This document shows positions 7,372-17,017 of a DNA stretch of 34,843 nucleotides, piece after piece. The notes under the pieces are model-generated. The model was not told the origin of the DNA. It searched no databases and saw only the letters and a program-made list of their open reading frames with translations. Position numbers and translations under genes: made by a program. The DNA comes from a virus (lineage: Duplodnaviria; Caudoviricetes): positions 1 to 34,843 of the IMG/VR virus record IMGVR_UViG_3300032301_000529; one strand, 5' to 3'. How positions within the stretch are numbered: the first letter of the stretch is position 1; every line of letters begins with the position of its first letter.

Positions 7372-8023
7372 TAGATTTCGTAATGGATATAGAGCCAGTA
7401 AATAATATGTCTTGTAATGGATAGAACGGATATGGATTACCCGGAGAAGCATACATTGAACAAGTAAATGTTTCTTCACCCATTGTAACAGAAAGAAAGT
7501 CGGATGCCGTAGCGTATGATCCGCTGGTTGGTTCTACGGTGCTGTAATATGAGCCATACTCAAAACCTGGAGCAAATACCAATGCGAATCTTGGGTAAAA
7601 TAAATTATTCTTTTTTATTACTTCTTGTGTTTCAAAATAGTTAAACATATTCAGGTAAAAAAATGGTTCAGAATTTCTGGGTGTATCTGCGTTGGTTGTA
7701 AAGATTGTGCCAGTACCAACGCCTTCTCCATAGAAAACTGGCTGTTCGGAGCATATCATATCGCTCATTTTTGGAGGCCAATACAAGAGACTTGTAACTT
7801 CTGTAGAATATGAATCATTTATTATATAATCTTTTCTTGAACCCGGATCAACAAAGTAACTCAAGGCATAACTTCCAGTAAGATTAAATGTCTCGCACTT
7901 CCAGAATAATTCCATCACGGCCTTTAAGCTCATACCAATCGGATATATCGTTCCATTTCCAGTAGGCGTTTCGCCAGCGTCTTGAACGCAAAATGGAAAC
8001 GACTTCGCAAAAAGAAAAGCCAT
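7352..8023 (-). CDS. Hypothetical tail-associated protein, AT-rich
   Basis: Aromatic- and S/T-rich; follows the large tail protein gene. Confidence 0.6.
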   Translation of the reverse strand: MAFLFAKSFPFCVQDAGETPTGNGTIYPIGMSLKAVMELFWKCETFNLTGSYALSYFVDPGSRKDYIINDSYSTEVTSLLYWPPKMSDMICSEQPVFYGEGVGTGTIFTTNADTPRNSEPFFYLNMFNYFETQEVIKKNNLFYPRFALVFAPGFEYGSYYSTVEPTSGSYATASDFLSVTMGEETFTCSMYASPGNPYPFYPLQDILFTGSISITKSSDRLAE

Positions 8024-8052
8024 AAGGATTTCGTTAGGGCATTAGCCCAAGG

Positions 8053-9750
8053 TTAATAACCGATTACGGTGATGCGGAATGTTTGAGTAGATTGCGACTT
8101 GCTTGAATTTGTTGCATTTACCGCATCCACGTGAACTTGATTTGTCGCCACAACATGCCCAAAAAACGTCAATCCTTCCGATACAGCACTTGGTAACCCG
8201 AGCAGGACTAGATCGTTAATCGCCGCGCCTGTTACCGCAACGGTTATGGACGTAGAATCATTTGATCCCACAGTCCCAAACGCCAGGGAAGCGGTTGTGG
8301 TTAGGGTATCTACTGAAAGCGGAAGAACTCCGTAGGTAGTCGAGCCGGAACGGAGTAATCCTAGGCTTACCAAACCGCTGACCACGTTCGGCCCGGCAGG
8401 CTGCGTTACTGGGGTGGAGTTATAAAACGCAAGCTTAGAGGCCGTGCTGACGCCAAAACGCGTCCCGGTGGTCGTCCCCAGCCCTACGTTATAGCCGTCC
8501 GTGATTGTGACGGCCGTGCCGGATAGATCCAATACGGTCGCCCCTGTTCCGATCGTGTTATTCTGCCAATCGAGGAATACTGATCCGCTTGAGTTGTATA
8601 GCTTGCGGTTGGTCGCGTCCACGTTTGTGGCGCTGTCCTCGACAAAAGCAGCGTCAGTTTCTGCTTTTGTGTAGTAGCTGGCTTGAGCGGCCGGAACGGC
8701 AGATCCCGTGGTAATTAAATCGCGTCTAACTGTAATATCAGATTGCAGAACCGTCTTAGGCGTTCCGCTCTGAGTAAGTTCGACTTCGATCTTAGGCGTG
8801 ACGGTATCTGTGCCAGCTTCGGCAAAAAGCTCGTCCAGCTCGGCCGTGGCCATGGTGATCGTGCTTTGCCTGAAGTTGCCAAAGATTACGCCACTTGCGT
8901 CCAGGGTAAGAGCGGTTGTGATGTTGGTTAGGCCAAGATTACGAACGAAAGAAATCGAATAGTTCCCGGCATTGTTGCCAAGATCCACGCTTATGTTGCC
9001 AGCGCTGATTGTGGTAATGGATGAAAGCGCCTCTGTAAAGCTGGCCGCAGTTGATCCAATAGGAATAGCCGTGGTTGAGTTTGGGCCAAAGTTAAGCACT
9101 ACAGAACCGCCCTCTGCGTCTGGGCCGATTACAAGGCTATAGGATTCGTTCTGCGTTGAGGAACCGTCCTGAATTTTAGTCAACGAAACGATCCCAGCCG
9201 TAGGCGATGCTGTAAACGTATCCGCATAGACGGCCGGATTGCGAACCAAGCGAATTACTTGCTGGGCCGCTACCGATGCGGCTGGGAATCTGCGGGTGTT
9301 TACCAGGACAGAGCTGGTTGGGAAAAGCGTGAAGGCTGAGCCACCAAACGAAAGAGCCGTGTTGACCGTGGCGGCCGTGATCAAATAAGAAAAATTCTCC
9401 TTGCCGTAGGTTGTGACAGTAACGCCCGTGCCTGCGATTGCTGAGATGGCGTTGTAAACTTGTAGCGGAGTCGCATTAAAAGAGATGGCGGACGACGTGA
9501 TGCTATTGAGGACTAGCCTGAATTGACCGTCGGTTGGATCTCCATCAATTCCGCCGATACCAAGCTTTAACGAAGAGCCACTTGTATCCAAATCGCGCAG
9601 CAGGCCCTCTTGATCTCTTTCCTGCAAACGGATGCGAAGGTTGTAAGAGTCGTTGCGGGTAAGTGTTGGCAAAATTCCATCCCTTGCGGCTCCGCGAGAT
9701 ACTAAAGTTCCGCTAGTTGTATCGATGTAAATGTCTAGGGATTGAGCCAT
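8053..9750 (-). CDS. Large tail tip/fibre protein
   Basis: 565 aa, T/S/G/V-rich beta composition; YYTKAETDA fibre-type linker; downstream of the tape measure. Confidence 0.7.
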   Translation of the reverse strand: MAQSLDIYIDTTSGTLVSRGAARDGILPTLTRNDSYNLRIRLQERDQEGLLRDLDTSGSSLKLGIGGIDGDPTDGQFRLVLNSITSSAISFNATPLQVYNAISAIAGTGVTVTTYGKENFSYLITAATVNTALSFGGSAFTLFPTSSVLVNTRRFPAASVAAQQVIRLVRNPAVYADTFTASPTAGIVSLTKIQDGSSTQNESYSLVIGPDAEGGSVVLNFGPNSTTAIPIGSTAASFTEALSSITTISAGNISVDLGNNAGNYSISFVRNLGLTNITTALTLDASGVIFGNFRQSTITMATAELDELFAEAGTDTVTPKIEVELTQSGTPKTVLQSDITVRRDLITTGSAVPAAQASYYTKAETDAAFVEDSATNVDATNRKLYNSSGSVFLDWQNNTIGTGATVLDLSGTAVTITDGYNVGLGTTTGTRFGVSTASKLAFYNSTPVTQPAGPNVVSGLVSLGLLRSGSTTYGVLPLSVDTLTTTASLAFGTVGSNDSTSITVAVTGAAINDLVLLGLPSAVSEGLTFFGHVVATNQVHVDAVNATNSSKSQSTQTFRITVIGY

Positions 9751-9774
9751 TTGTTTGTCCTATTGTGTCAATTC

Positions 9775-10017
9775 TTATTCTTCTTCCGTTGGCTTTGGAG
9801 AAAGAACGAGAAGCGTATCTGGGCTTCCATTGCTGCATACGTTCAGAGTAACAACATTATAGTCACCAGAGATTTTAAATCCATTGTCCTCCTCAGTAAC
9901 CGCTATACCCGTGCCGGCCGTAGGCTTCGTGCATTCAATTCTGCGGATCAATCCATTGAAAAAGTCAAGAGCCAGCCGTGAAGCGCCAGCAAGTTCCTTT
10001 AGTTCAGGCTCTCTCAT
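9775..10017 (-). CDS. Small tail protein
   Basis: AGTGIAVT motif; position in the tail operon. Confidence 0.6.
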   Translation of the reverse strand: MREPELKELAGASRLALDFFNGLIRRIECTKPTAGTGIAVTEEDNGFKISGDYNVVTLNVCSNGSPDTLLVLSPKPTEEE

Positions 10018-10026
10018 TTGAATTCA

Positions 10027-10674
10027 TTACCCGCCAACAATTTTCTTTTGTTCAGCGTAATTGACTCTTGCAACCAACAAGATGCCACGCTTTTCACATG
10101 ATAAAGATGTCTGTACGTACCCAAAGTAACCAAAATTGTAAAGAGAGCCAAACTGGAATGGTTCTCTAGGGTTTGACGGCATTTTTGTGCCATTGATTGA
10201 CTTTGGCATAAAAAACCCATAACGACCTAGATTTGAAAGTCTGTCTCCTGGCTTTAGGAGTCCGCCTGCCCCGGTTTGGATAAATTCAGTTTCGCTTTTA
10301 TCGCTTATAAACTCCGCTTCGATAATCATGTCTGGGCCAAATATGCCGGCACCAGGCGTTGGAATTAACCTAATAACTGCCGGCGGCAGGCCACTGCTAG
10401 AAGTAAGCCCGACATAGGTCACGTTTATTTCAGTCAAATCGCCGTCCTGCTCTCTAAATGAAAAGTTCTCCACGGCCATGCGTGCGAACGTTGTGGAAGC
10501 GGTGGAGTAGGCTGAATGCAAGGTGCCAAAGCTTGGCTGCAACGTTTTGCGATCCGCTGTGCGTACGGTGTAGACTTCGTTTAAGGTTTCCAGCCCATTA
10601 CGCTGTGTTGAGAAATCCGCCCTGCGTAAGACTTTACTACCCGACGATGGAGATCCAACTATGACGGCACTCAT
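10027..10674 (-). CDS. Tail tip (distal tail/hub-like) protein
   Basis: Immediately follows the tape measure (TAATG overlap). Confidence 0.6.
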   Translation of the reverse strand: MSAVIVGSPSSGSKVLRRADFSTQRNGLETLNEVYTVRTADRKTLQPSFGTLHSAYSTASTTFARMAVENFSFREQDGDLTEINVTYVGLTSSSGLPPAVIRLIPTPGAGIFGPDMIIEAEFISDKSETEFIQTGAGGLLKPGDRLSNLGRYGFFMPKSINGTKMPSNPREPFQFGSLYNFGYFGYVQTSLSCEKRGILLVARVNYAEQKKIVGG

Positions 10675-12140
10675 TAGCTTACGATTGGGGCTGCGATTAA
10701 TGTTTTAAGGGCGTCATTTAAAACAGTGTAGACATCGGACAGAGTTTTGCTGCCCTTGGCTTCCTTGCCCGCTTCTTTTTGAATAAACTCTCTTCGGCGA
10801 CTTTCCATTGTTCGCTGTAGCCCTTCTTTCGTTGTCCCGCTAGTTTGCTCCATCACCTTTGCGTCAAACTCCGCCTTATTAATTTTCTGCTGTTCCTTTG
10901 ACGCTTTTTCTCTTTCCATCTGCACTGATTGCGAAATGCCTCGATCGCCAAGCCCGGCGGCAAAGTTAAGCACTTCGCCCGCTGTGCCTGCTCTGGCCTG
11001 CTCAAATTGCCTGCTGGTTCCGCCCGGGCCTGCGGCCATGCCCTTCTCCTTTTCGGCCTGCTCCTTCTCAGCTTTCATTTTTTCCTGCGCTGCCTTCACC
11101 TCAAGGTTGGCCGCCTCTAACATTCTGTCGCGCTCAGTGTCCCTTTTGCGTTCGTAAGAATCGTTGGCCAGTTTCTTTTCTGCTTCTTCGTTTTTTAGTA
11201 TGTGCAAGGCCAAGTCAGTGCGATCTTTGATTGCGTCTTTTTCGGCTTGTTCTATTTGTTTTTGGCTTTTAACTGCGTCTTTATTGATTTCTGCCCTGCC
11301 TTGTCCTTGGGCATTTTTTTGAATTTCGCTTCTCCCCATAAGAACATCAGCAGCTTTTGCTGACGACTCTTCCATCAATGAGGCACGCCCGGCATTATCT
11401 AATCCCTTTGTGAATCTAGCCGCAACGCTCAAAGCGATTGCTTCGGTAAGATCTTGATACCTTTCTATTAGGCCCTTAAGTCCAATTAAGGTTTTTCCAA
11501 ACCATATTGTTTGAGTGGTTTGAAATTCTTTAATTGCATCCGATGCGGCCCCAAGCTGCGTTATTTGATTGTCCGACCAAACCCCCATAGAATCGCCTAA
11601 TTCCTTAATTGCAGCTGGACCCATCCTCATCGTTTCCATTAATGCTCCAACGCTTTTCCCCGCCACTGCTTGAGCCTTTGCAAATGCCTCAAGTGGATTG
11701 CTTGTATTTTGAATTGCCTCGCTTAATGCAAAGAATATATCTTGAGGCGACATTTCCTTGAGCTGTTGAACGCTAAGACCAATATCTAAAAACGCTTGCT
11801 TCATAGCGTCATCGCCGCCGATAGCCTTCCCAGCATTAACTGCTAATTTGTTCATAGCGCTGGCCACATCCTCAATGCCAGCGCCTGAAAGAGATGCGGC
11901 ATTCCCAACCTCTTGCAAGGCTGAGGCTGATATGCCAAAGCGATTCGCCAGATCTTGCAACTGGTCGCCCTTTTCAATCGCAGAACTAAAGCCTGAAATT
12001 AGTTTATCAAAAGCAAATGCTCCGACCAATAAAGCCCCGGTTTGCTTTGCAAAGCGATCCACGCTGGCAGTTGCTGACTGCAGGCCGCGATCCAGCCCGG
12101 AGGCATCCAGTGCGAGCTTGGCTGTGGCTGTAGCGTCCAT
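10674..12140 (-). CDS. Tape measure protein (short, 488 aa)
   Basis: LALDASGLDRGL N-terminus; DQLQDLANRFGISASALQ repeat; helical A/K/E-rich. Confidence 0.85.
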   Translation of the reverse strand: MDATATAKLALDASGLDRGLQSATASVDRFAKQTGALLVGAFAFDKLISGFSSAIEKGDQLQDLANRFGISASALQEVGNAASLSGAGIEDVASAMNKLAVNAGKAIGGDDAMKQAFLDIGLSVQQLKEMSPQDIFFALSEAIQNTSNPLEAFAKAQAVAGKSVGALMETMRMGPAAIKELGDSMGVWSDNQITQLGAASDAIKEFQTTQTIWFGKTLIGLKGLIERYQDLTEAIALSVAARFTKGLDNAGRASLMEESSAKAADVLMGRSEIQKNAQGQGRAEINKDAVKSQKQIEQAEKDAIKDRTDLALHILKNEEAEKKLANDSYERKRDTERDRMLEAANLEVKAAQEKMKAEKEQAEKEKGMAAGPGGTSRQFEQARAGTAGEVLNFAAGLGDRGISQSVQMEREKASKEQQKINKAEFDAKVMEQTSGTTKEGLQRTMESRRREFIQKEAGKEAKGSKTLSDVYTVLNDALKTLIAAPIVS

Positions 12141-12985
12141 TATAGCCCCGCCTTTTTACTCTCGTAATTAGCGATAATACTCAGCCGCTTGATCATTTTT
12201 AACACCTGTATGTCAATAGACTTCTGTATGGTTTCAGAGCTGATTACGTTATTAATCCACGGGATAGTATTAGTCATTTGAACGTAGGGCTTAGAGAAAG
12301 TTCCTAGCCCCGTTTGACTCTGATCGTTTACGCGGCCGCCGCCCGTGTGCCTGTATACCCATTTAGGGATACCGCGAAAGCCGCCTAATATGCCGGCGCA
12401 AACTGCCCAGCCTGACTTTGCGATACCCACGTTTCCCCGCTTATCTTTAAAATATCGGGCAAGAGGGTTGTCCTTTGTAACAATTTGCCGAACGAATTGA
12501 TTTTTAGGCACTCTCTTTGATTTGCCATATCGAGCTGATTCGTGATGTTTCCCACCGTCAAATGGCCCGACTTGCGTGCCTACGTAAGGTTGCTGACGTA
12601 TTCTATTTAGAAGATCCTGGGCAGATTCGGTTCGCCTGCGCTTACTTCCGCCTGTTTTGCCCAAGACAAGAGCCGCCAACGCCTTCGCCATCTGTTCAGC
12701 GTTTTGCGTCTTAGTCTTGCCGTTAGGCAGTGATAATTTTGCTATGTCCTTAGAAGCGCTGGCGGCCGACTTGTAGACGCGATCAATATCTCTAGTGACA
12801 GCCTTTTCACCTACTTTCTTAACGTCATTGCCTAGGCCGAACGGCTGCGTGGAATTAGCCAAGCTAACGCAAAGCATGCGTGCCTGTATCCGCATCTCCT
12901 TTGACGCCTCGGCCTTGGTATTCCCTATAAAAGCCTTCATGGCTTTCTGTAGTTTGCTGGCGTCGACTGTTAAACTAGCGCTCAT
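12140..12985 (-). CDS. Basic neck/tail-completion protein (HK97 gp10-like)
   Basis: LTVDASKLQKAM...GIAKSGW...MTNTIPWI pattern. Confidence 0.55.
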   Translation of the reverse strand: MSASLTVDASKLQKAMKAFIGNTKAEASKEMRIQARMLCVSLANSTQPFGLGNDVKKVGEKAVTRDIDRVYKSAASASKDIAKLSLPNGKTKTQNAEQMAKALAALVLGKTGGSKRRRTESAQDLLNRIRQQPYVGTQVGPFDGGKHHESARYGKSKRVPKNQFVRQIVTKDNPLARYFKDKRGNVGIAKSGWAVCAGILGGFRGIPKWVYRHTGGGRVNDQSQTGLGTFSKPYVQMTNTIPWINNVISSETIQKSIDIQVLKMIKRLSIIANYESKKAGL

Positions 12986-13197
12986 AATCCTAATAGCCTC
13001 TCCATGTCACGGATCTCTTTTCCTTCAATATGCGCCGAACGCCTTAGCTTCACGCCGTCCATAAACATAAAGACGTGATCAGCCTGATTGACTGCTACCA
13101 GTGGCAATTCCCACAGAATATAATCCATTGGCCAGCCCGTATGTTTTGCCAGGACAAACACGCACGCGGCGGTTCCTCCTGGCGCTAGGCGTTTCCC
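12982..13197 (-). CDS. -1 frameshift extension of the tail chaperone (gpGT-like)
   Basis: The -1 frame from GGGAAAC (13191-13197) is open for 71 codons (...LAKHTGWPMDYILWELPL...ERLLGL), and its TGA overlaps the next ATG. Confidence 0.8.
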   Translation of the reverse strand, partial: GKRLAPGGTAACVFVLAKHTGWPMDYILWELPLVAVNQADHVFMFMDGVKLRRSAHIEGKEIRDMERLLGL

Positions 13198-13568
13198 GGC
13201 GGTGCGGCTATGGCTGAAGGGATAACGTTTACCCGCGCCTTATTAGCCTCTGACAAGATCGATGAGCACATAATTGAGGCGGTGTTTCGATCCTCCTCGC
13301 TCATCTCGGCAATCCAGTCCATTAGCTTTTCTCTAAACGCATCTTTATCCCAAGCTAGGCGGATCGTCTTTTTGCGATCTTCCGCCAGTAGGATATGCAG
13401 GTAAATAAACGACCAGACAAAGTAGATGGCGGAATCGCTATCATCGCGCACCTGAAGCATCAGCAGGCGGCTGCCTTCGGTGTAGGGCGCAAGCTTCTGA
13501 TTTTTGAAGTAGCGATCGGGAGAAATAAGGGAGTTGTCCAGCTCCTGTAGTAATGCTTCTTCGCTCAT
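13185..13568 (-). CDS. Tail assembly chaperone (gpG-like)
   Basis: Ends CCG GGA AAC GCC TAG, containing the slippery heptamer G GGA AAC. Confidence 0.75.
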   Translation of the reverse strand: MSEEALLQELDNSLISPDRYFKNQKLAPYTEGSRLLMLQVRDDSDSAIYFVWSFIYLHILLAEDRKKTIRLAWDKDAFREKLMDWIAEMSEEDRNTASIMCSSILSEANKARVNVIPSAIAAPPGNA

Positions 13569-13939
13569 AGTTTTTTAATCATCGCCCGCTTTAGTTCTGG
13601 GCTTGCCCTTTCTGAGATAAGTAGCGTTTGGCTGCCACGCTTGATCGATAGGATGGGTTCCGCGCGTTTCATTAGGCCGAGCAGGGTTTCCCTGTTCTCT
13701 AGCGCTGCCCTGACGTATCTAATCGCGGCCTCTGGCTCAGATTTCATATCCGCCCAGGTGCGCTCCATTTCGGCTTTTGCATCCTGATCGCCGCCCGTGT
13801 TGAACCAGAACGTGAATTTTCTGTGGCCACCTTCTTCGACGATGCAGGTTACCGGATCGGATTCTCTAAGCTTTGCGCCAAAGGCTGCGACGGCCGCAGC
13901 TACTTTAATGTTTGTCGTTCCCCAGAAGCTATCAACCAT
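13565..13939 (-). CDS. Hypothetical protein between the tail tube and chaperone genes
   Basis: Coupled to the chaperone gene; TTNIKVAAAVAAFG N-terminus. Confidence 0.65.
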   Translation of the reverse strand: MVDSFWGTTNIKVAAAVAAFGAKLRESDPVTCIVEEGGHRKFTFWFNTGGDQDAKAEMERTWADMKSEPEAAIRYVRAALENRETLLGLMKRAEPILSIKRGSQTLLISERASPELKRAMIKKL

Positions 13940-13952
13940 TTTAGGATCTCAT

Positions 13953-13972
13953 TAACCCGCCGGAGCGGGTTA
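13953..13972 (-). terminator. Hairpin after the major tail gene
   Basis: TAACCCGC-TCCG-GCGGGTTA perfect 8-bp stem; no strong U tract. Confidence 0.5.
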
Positions 13973-14317
13973 GCTCATGTTAGGGAATCGAGTCGCCGAT
14001 ACGTCCACCGTGACGAATCCTTCGCTAGTACGATTAACGGTGACGCTATCGACTACGATCTTGCCGCCGGTGCTGGTGGCATTTGCCAAGGTTGTGAGGA
14101 CTGCGCCTGCGGTTGTCGCATAAGCGCCTGTGATGGTGGTGGAGAATGAGAAGGAATCCGTGGGGTTATACATGGCCGCGCCAACCACCTCGCCGCTCGC
14201 GTTGCGAATTTCTGCACGCTCGACGTTGCGGGTTTCTGTGAAAGATTGCACCAACCCACCGGCTTCAGCAGTAATGCCAAACTGTAGGCCCGTTGTTCCG
14301 ATTGTTGTGGCTGCCAT
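13970..14317 (-). CDS. Major tail tube protein (minimal, 115 aa)
   Basis: T/A/G/S-rich beta protein downstream of tail completion; TTGACAC box upstream, hairpin downstream. Confidence 0.7.
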   Translation of the reverse strand: MAATTIGTTGLQFGITAEAGGLVQSFTETRNVERAEIRNASGEVVGAAMYNPTDSFSFSTTITGAYATTAGAVLTTLANATSTGGKIVVDSVTVNRTSEGFVTVDVSATRFPNMS

Positions 14318-14335
14318 ATTGCCTTAAATTTTGTG

Positions 14336-14782
14336 TCAACTCGCGATCGAATTCGGTTGTGCGATGACTGCCAGCTTATAAGTGCGACGCATTGTACGCT
14401 CTTCATCGTCGGCTTCAGGCTCAATAGAATCCACCTTGGCGTTGTAACAGCGGGCAGATCCGATGGCCGTGGTAGCGTTTAACCTAGTCGCCAACGGGCT
14501 TGAATCATAGAAAGCCTGCAGAACCTTGGAGCATTTTCGAGTGTGTGCGTCTAGGGTTGTGTCGTCATAGGAATCATCCACCACGATTTCAACTGGGACG
14601 CTGAACACGCCAGATCCCTGCACCGGCTCTTCGGTTCCTAGCGTTGCTTTTATTACAATAGAGGGTGACAAGTTTTCCGTCTTGTCGTGAGACAAGTGAT
14701 AGGTCACCCCGGTAACGGTTGTAGTTAGAAGCTCTTGGAAAGCAGCTTCAATCAAACGATCGAGCATGGTGACGGCGGGCAT
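14336..14782 (-). CDS. Tail terminator/completion protein
   Basis: Size, acidic beta-rich pattern (PSIVI...RRTYKLAV) and position before the tail tube gene; GAGGAG SD. Confidence 0.65.
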   Translation of the reverse strand: MPAVTMLDRLIEAAFQELLTTTVTGVTYHLSHDKTENLSPSIVIKATLGTEEPVQGSGVFSVPVEIVVDDSYDDTTLDAHTRKCSKVLQAFYDSSPLATRLNATTAIGSARCYNAKVDSIEPEADDEERTMRRTYKLAVIAQPNSIAS

Positions 14783-14799
14783 ATTCTAAACTCCTCTTG

Positions 14800-15414
14800 T
14801 CACCAGATCGGGCGAATGGACGGATCAAATGTGACCATGGTTTTACATCCAGCGCCACCATGCGGAAAAGTTGGGGTGTAGTAGTATCGCTTGACGCAAT
14901 CGGGCCAAGTCATCGTGGCCTTACCCCTGGCTGCCTTCGGCGTATCCACGGATCGATCGTTATCCTCAATAATAAAGGTGCAGGGTAGATCTGCCCCAGC
15001 CACGTAGTTCACGGCCTCATAAAAATGGCCCTCGTCCTCAGCTCCATCGCCCAAGAAGCACCACACTTTTGCCGAGCTTCCTTGCTCTTTTAATGTGTGC
15101 GCAACTCCAGCCGCTATCCCGCAAGTGCCGGCCAACACGCTTGAAGTGTAGAAATTCAGTTTACGGTCAAAGACAAACATGGAGCGACCATCTCTAATCA
15201 TCTGCTCAAGCACGTCAGGATCTCCGCCAGAGAGCAGATAGTGATAGTGGGATCTGTGGCTTGAGAAGATCCAATCGCCTGGCTTGATGTCTTTGAATAT
15301 CTCGATGAGCTGATCTTCATTCCCCCCGCATAGGTGAATCAGATATGGCAGCTTGCCCTGCTCAAATAGCGCCTTAATGCGCAGTTCAAAATCAATCAGA
15401 TCCTGCTTGTTCAT
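14800..15414 (-). CDS. ThDP-dependent E1-alpha-like subunit (minimal, 204 aa)
   Basis: IFSSHRSHYH and the ThDP/Mg motif GDGAEDEG...IIEDN. Confidence 0.88.
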   Translation of the reverse strand: MNKQDLIDFELRIKALFEQGKLPYLIHLCGGNEDQLIEIFKDIKPGDWIFSSHRSHYHYLLSGGDPDVLEQMIRDGRSMFVFDRKLNFYTSSVLAGTCGIAAGVAHTLKEQGSSAKVWCFLGDGAEDEGHFYEAVNYVAGADLPCTFIIEDNDRSVDTPKAARGKATMTWPDCVKRYYYTPTFPHGGAGCKTMVTFDPSIRPIW

Positions 15415-16505
15415 ACAAAGGCATCGTGACTATCGGTGGCCAGCTTTTCAAATAGTGCCACCTTGCCGTGATTTGCGCATTCATGCAGGCAACTGACGCC
15501 AGGGTTAAAGTTTTTATGCCATGCTCTCGCCTCTTCTCCGAACCATGCCTGGCTAAATGATTGATCCTTCATGGAGGCGATGCGGCCGTGATTGCTGTAT
15601 GCGGTATTGTGGCATGCGTAGATATTGAGATCCGCACCTACCACGCAAACGGCCTGAGCGTAAAGACAGCGATGGAATGGCCGAACGGGCGACTTGCTTG
15701 GACTATCCAGATCGTAGGTCGTGTTAATGGTAAAATCTGAATCGCAAAAGGATTGGCATTCGGCCAGTTGCTCCCGCACTCTGGTCGCAATCGTGTTGTG
15801 ATATTCTTTAAAGTTCTGCACGTACACGGGAGAGAAGCGGACGTTACTTACGCCCGCATCCTTAAGCTGTTTAGCAAATGGAACCAACCCCTCGTAATTG
15901 TAACGGGTAATAATAAAGTTAATCCCAAGATCGCAGCTCTCCGTTTTCGTGTTGGAAAAGTTTTTAATATTCTGCATCACGGAATCAAACGATCTGTCGG
16001 GCACGTTACGGCTAGACGCCATCTGCTCTGCGCTTGTGTAGTCCATCGAAATCCTCACCCACTTTGCCTTGCCCAATACTTCAGCCCTTTCTCCCGCAAG
16101 CAGTTGGCCATTGGTAATAATGGATAGATCCAACCCAGACGAAACTGTCTTAGTCATAATCTCGACAATGTCTTTATGCAGTAAAGGCTCTCCGCCACCA
16201 CTAAAGGTTACGGCTTTAGTTCCGATGTTTGAAAGATCCTCTATGAGTTCCAGTGCCTTATCTCGTGGCATCACGTCCCGCTCATTCATGCTGGTGTGCA
16301 TGCCAGCCTGTAGGTGCAAGTCAGGGCGATCCTTGGGCCGAGTTGTGCCGTCTGAATAGACGCAGAAACGGCAGGCGTGATTACAGATATTCGTCGGCTT
16401 AATCCGCACGTAGATGGGTGCGGTGATAATATCGTCGCGAAAACTGGCGATCTTATCCGGGAACGAAAAGATTTTGAGGTCGCTGTACTTGTTCTGCTTC
16501 ACCAC
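15411..16505 (-). CDS. Radical SAM enzyme with SPASM/Twitch domain
   Basis: CNHACRFC (CxxxCxxC), SGGGEPLL, ITNG and RISMD; C-terminal RCLY...IYACH...CLHEC. Confidence 0.92.
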   Translation of the reverse strand: MVKQNKYSDLKIFSFPDKIASFRDDIITAPIYVRIKPTNICNHACRFCVYSDGTTRPKDRPDLHLQAGMHTSMNERDVMPRDKALELIEDLSNIGTKAVTFSGGGEPLLHKDIVEIMTKTVSSGLDLSIITNGQLLAGERAEVLGKAKWVRISMDYTSAEQMASSRNVPDRSFDSVMQNIKNFSNTKTESCDLGINFIITRYNYEGLVPFAKQLKDAGVSNVRFSPVYVQNFKEYHNTIATRVREQLAECQSFCDSDFTINTTYDLDSPSKSPVRPFHRCLYAQAVCVVGADLNIYACHNTAYSNHGRIASMKDQSFSQAWFGEEARAWHKNFNPGVSCLHECANHGKVALFEKLATDSHDAFV

Positions 16506-17017
16506 TCATCCTTTCGCTCGACCAGCATAGTGGATGTCCCAGCGCTCAGTCTTTGCAATGCATTTTGATATTCGCTTACTACGTTTTCCTTCTTTAGTTC
16601 GACGACTGGGAAATCGATCATCTTCCTAAGAGCTTCGGTGAAGTCCTGCGTATGAGTTGGCCCCGTGTAGAGCGGCTTGTTTTTGTTGCCTATCACTACC
16701 CGCAAGATGGCGGCAGGCTTGAATTGATTGCAGCTAATATGCTGAGCTGCGCCCAGGTGATTCACAATGGCGTCCAGTGCATTGAGAATAAAATCCATCC
16801 GCTCAATAAAGACGACGGGTTTAAGCCCGGCCAAACTCAGGCCCGTGGCTAGTCCTACCATCAGATTTTCAGCGACAGGCGTTTCAATCAGTTGTGAATC
16901 CGCAACATTATTAAGCGTGCCTGCTGCCCGGCCGCCTATCTTTACCCCATAGCCTATAAACCTGACGGCCGGATCGGCCGCCAATAAATCCATTGCCTGA
17001 GTCAGCTCCTTCTTCAC
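16499..17017 (-). CDS. ThDP-dependent E1-beta/transketolase pyrimidine-binding domain only (172 aa)
   Basis: ETPVAENLMVGLATGLSLAGLKPVV...DFILNALDAIVN...GPTHTQ; no C-terminal domain. Confidence 0.88.
   Translation of the reverse strand: MKKELTQAMDLLAADPAVRFIGYGVKIGGRAAGTLNNVADSQLIETPVAENLMVGLATGLSLAGLKPVVFIERMDFILNALDAIVNHLGAAQHISCNQFKPAAILRVVIGNKNKPLYTGPTHTQDFTEALRKMIDFPVVELKKENVVSEYQNALQRLSAGTSTMLVERKDEW

Noticed and set aside
5764-9750. Diversity-generating retroelement or invertible tail-fibre cassette
   Set aside because: No reverse transcriptase, invertase or template/variable repeat pair seen
12210-12216. TTGACAT copy inside the gp10-like gene
   Set aside because: About 70 nt from the next start codon, so it does not fit the 12-15 nt spacing; counted as background
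14800-17017. Pyruvate dehydrogenase auxiliary metabolic genes
   Set aside because: Subunits are minimal, E2/E3 are absent, and the context is glycosyltransferases in a late operon
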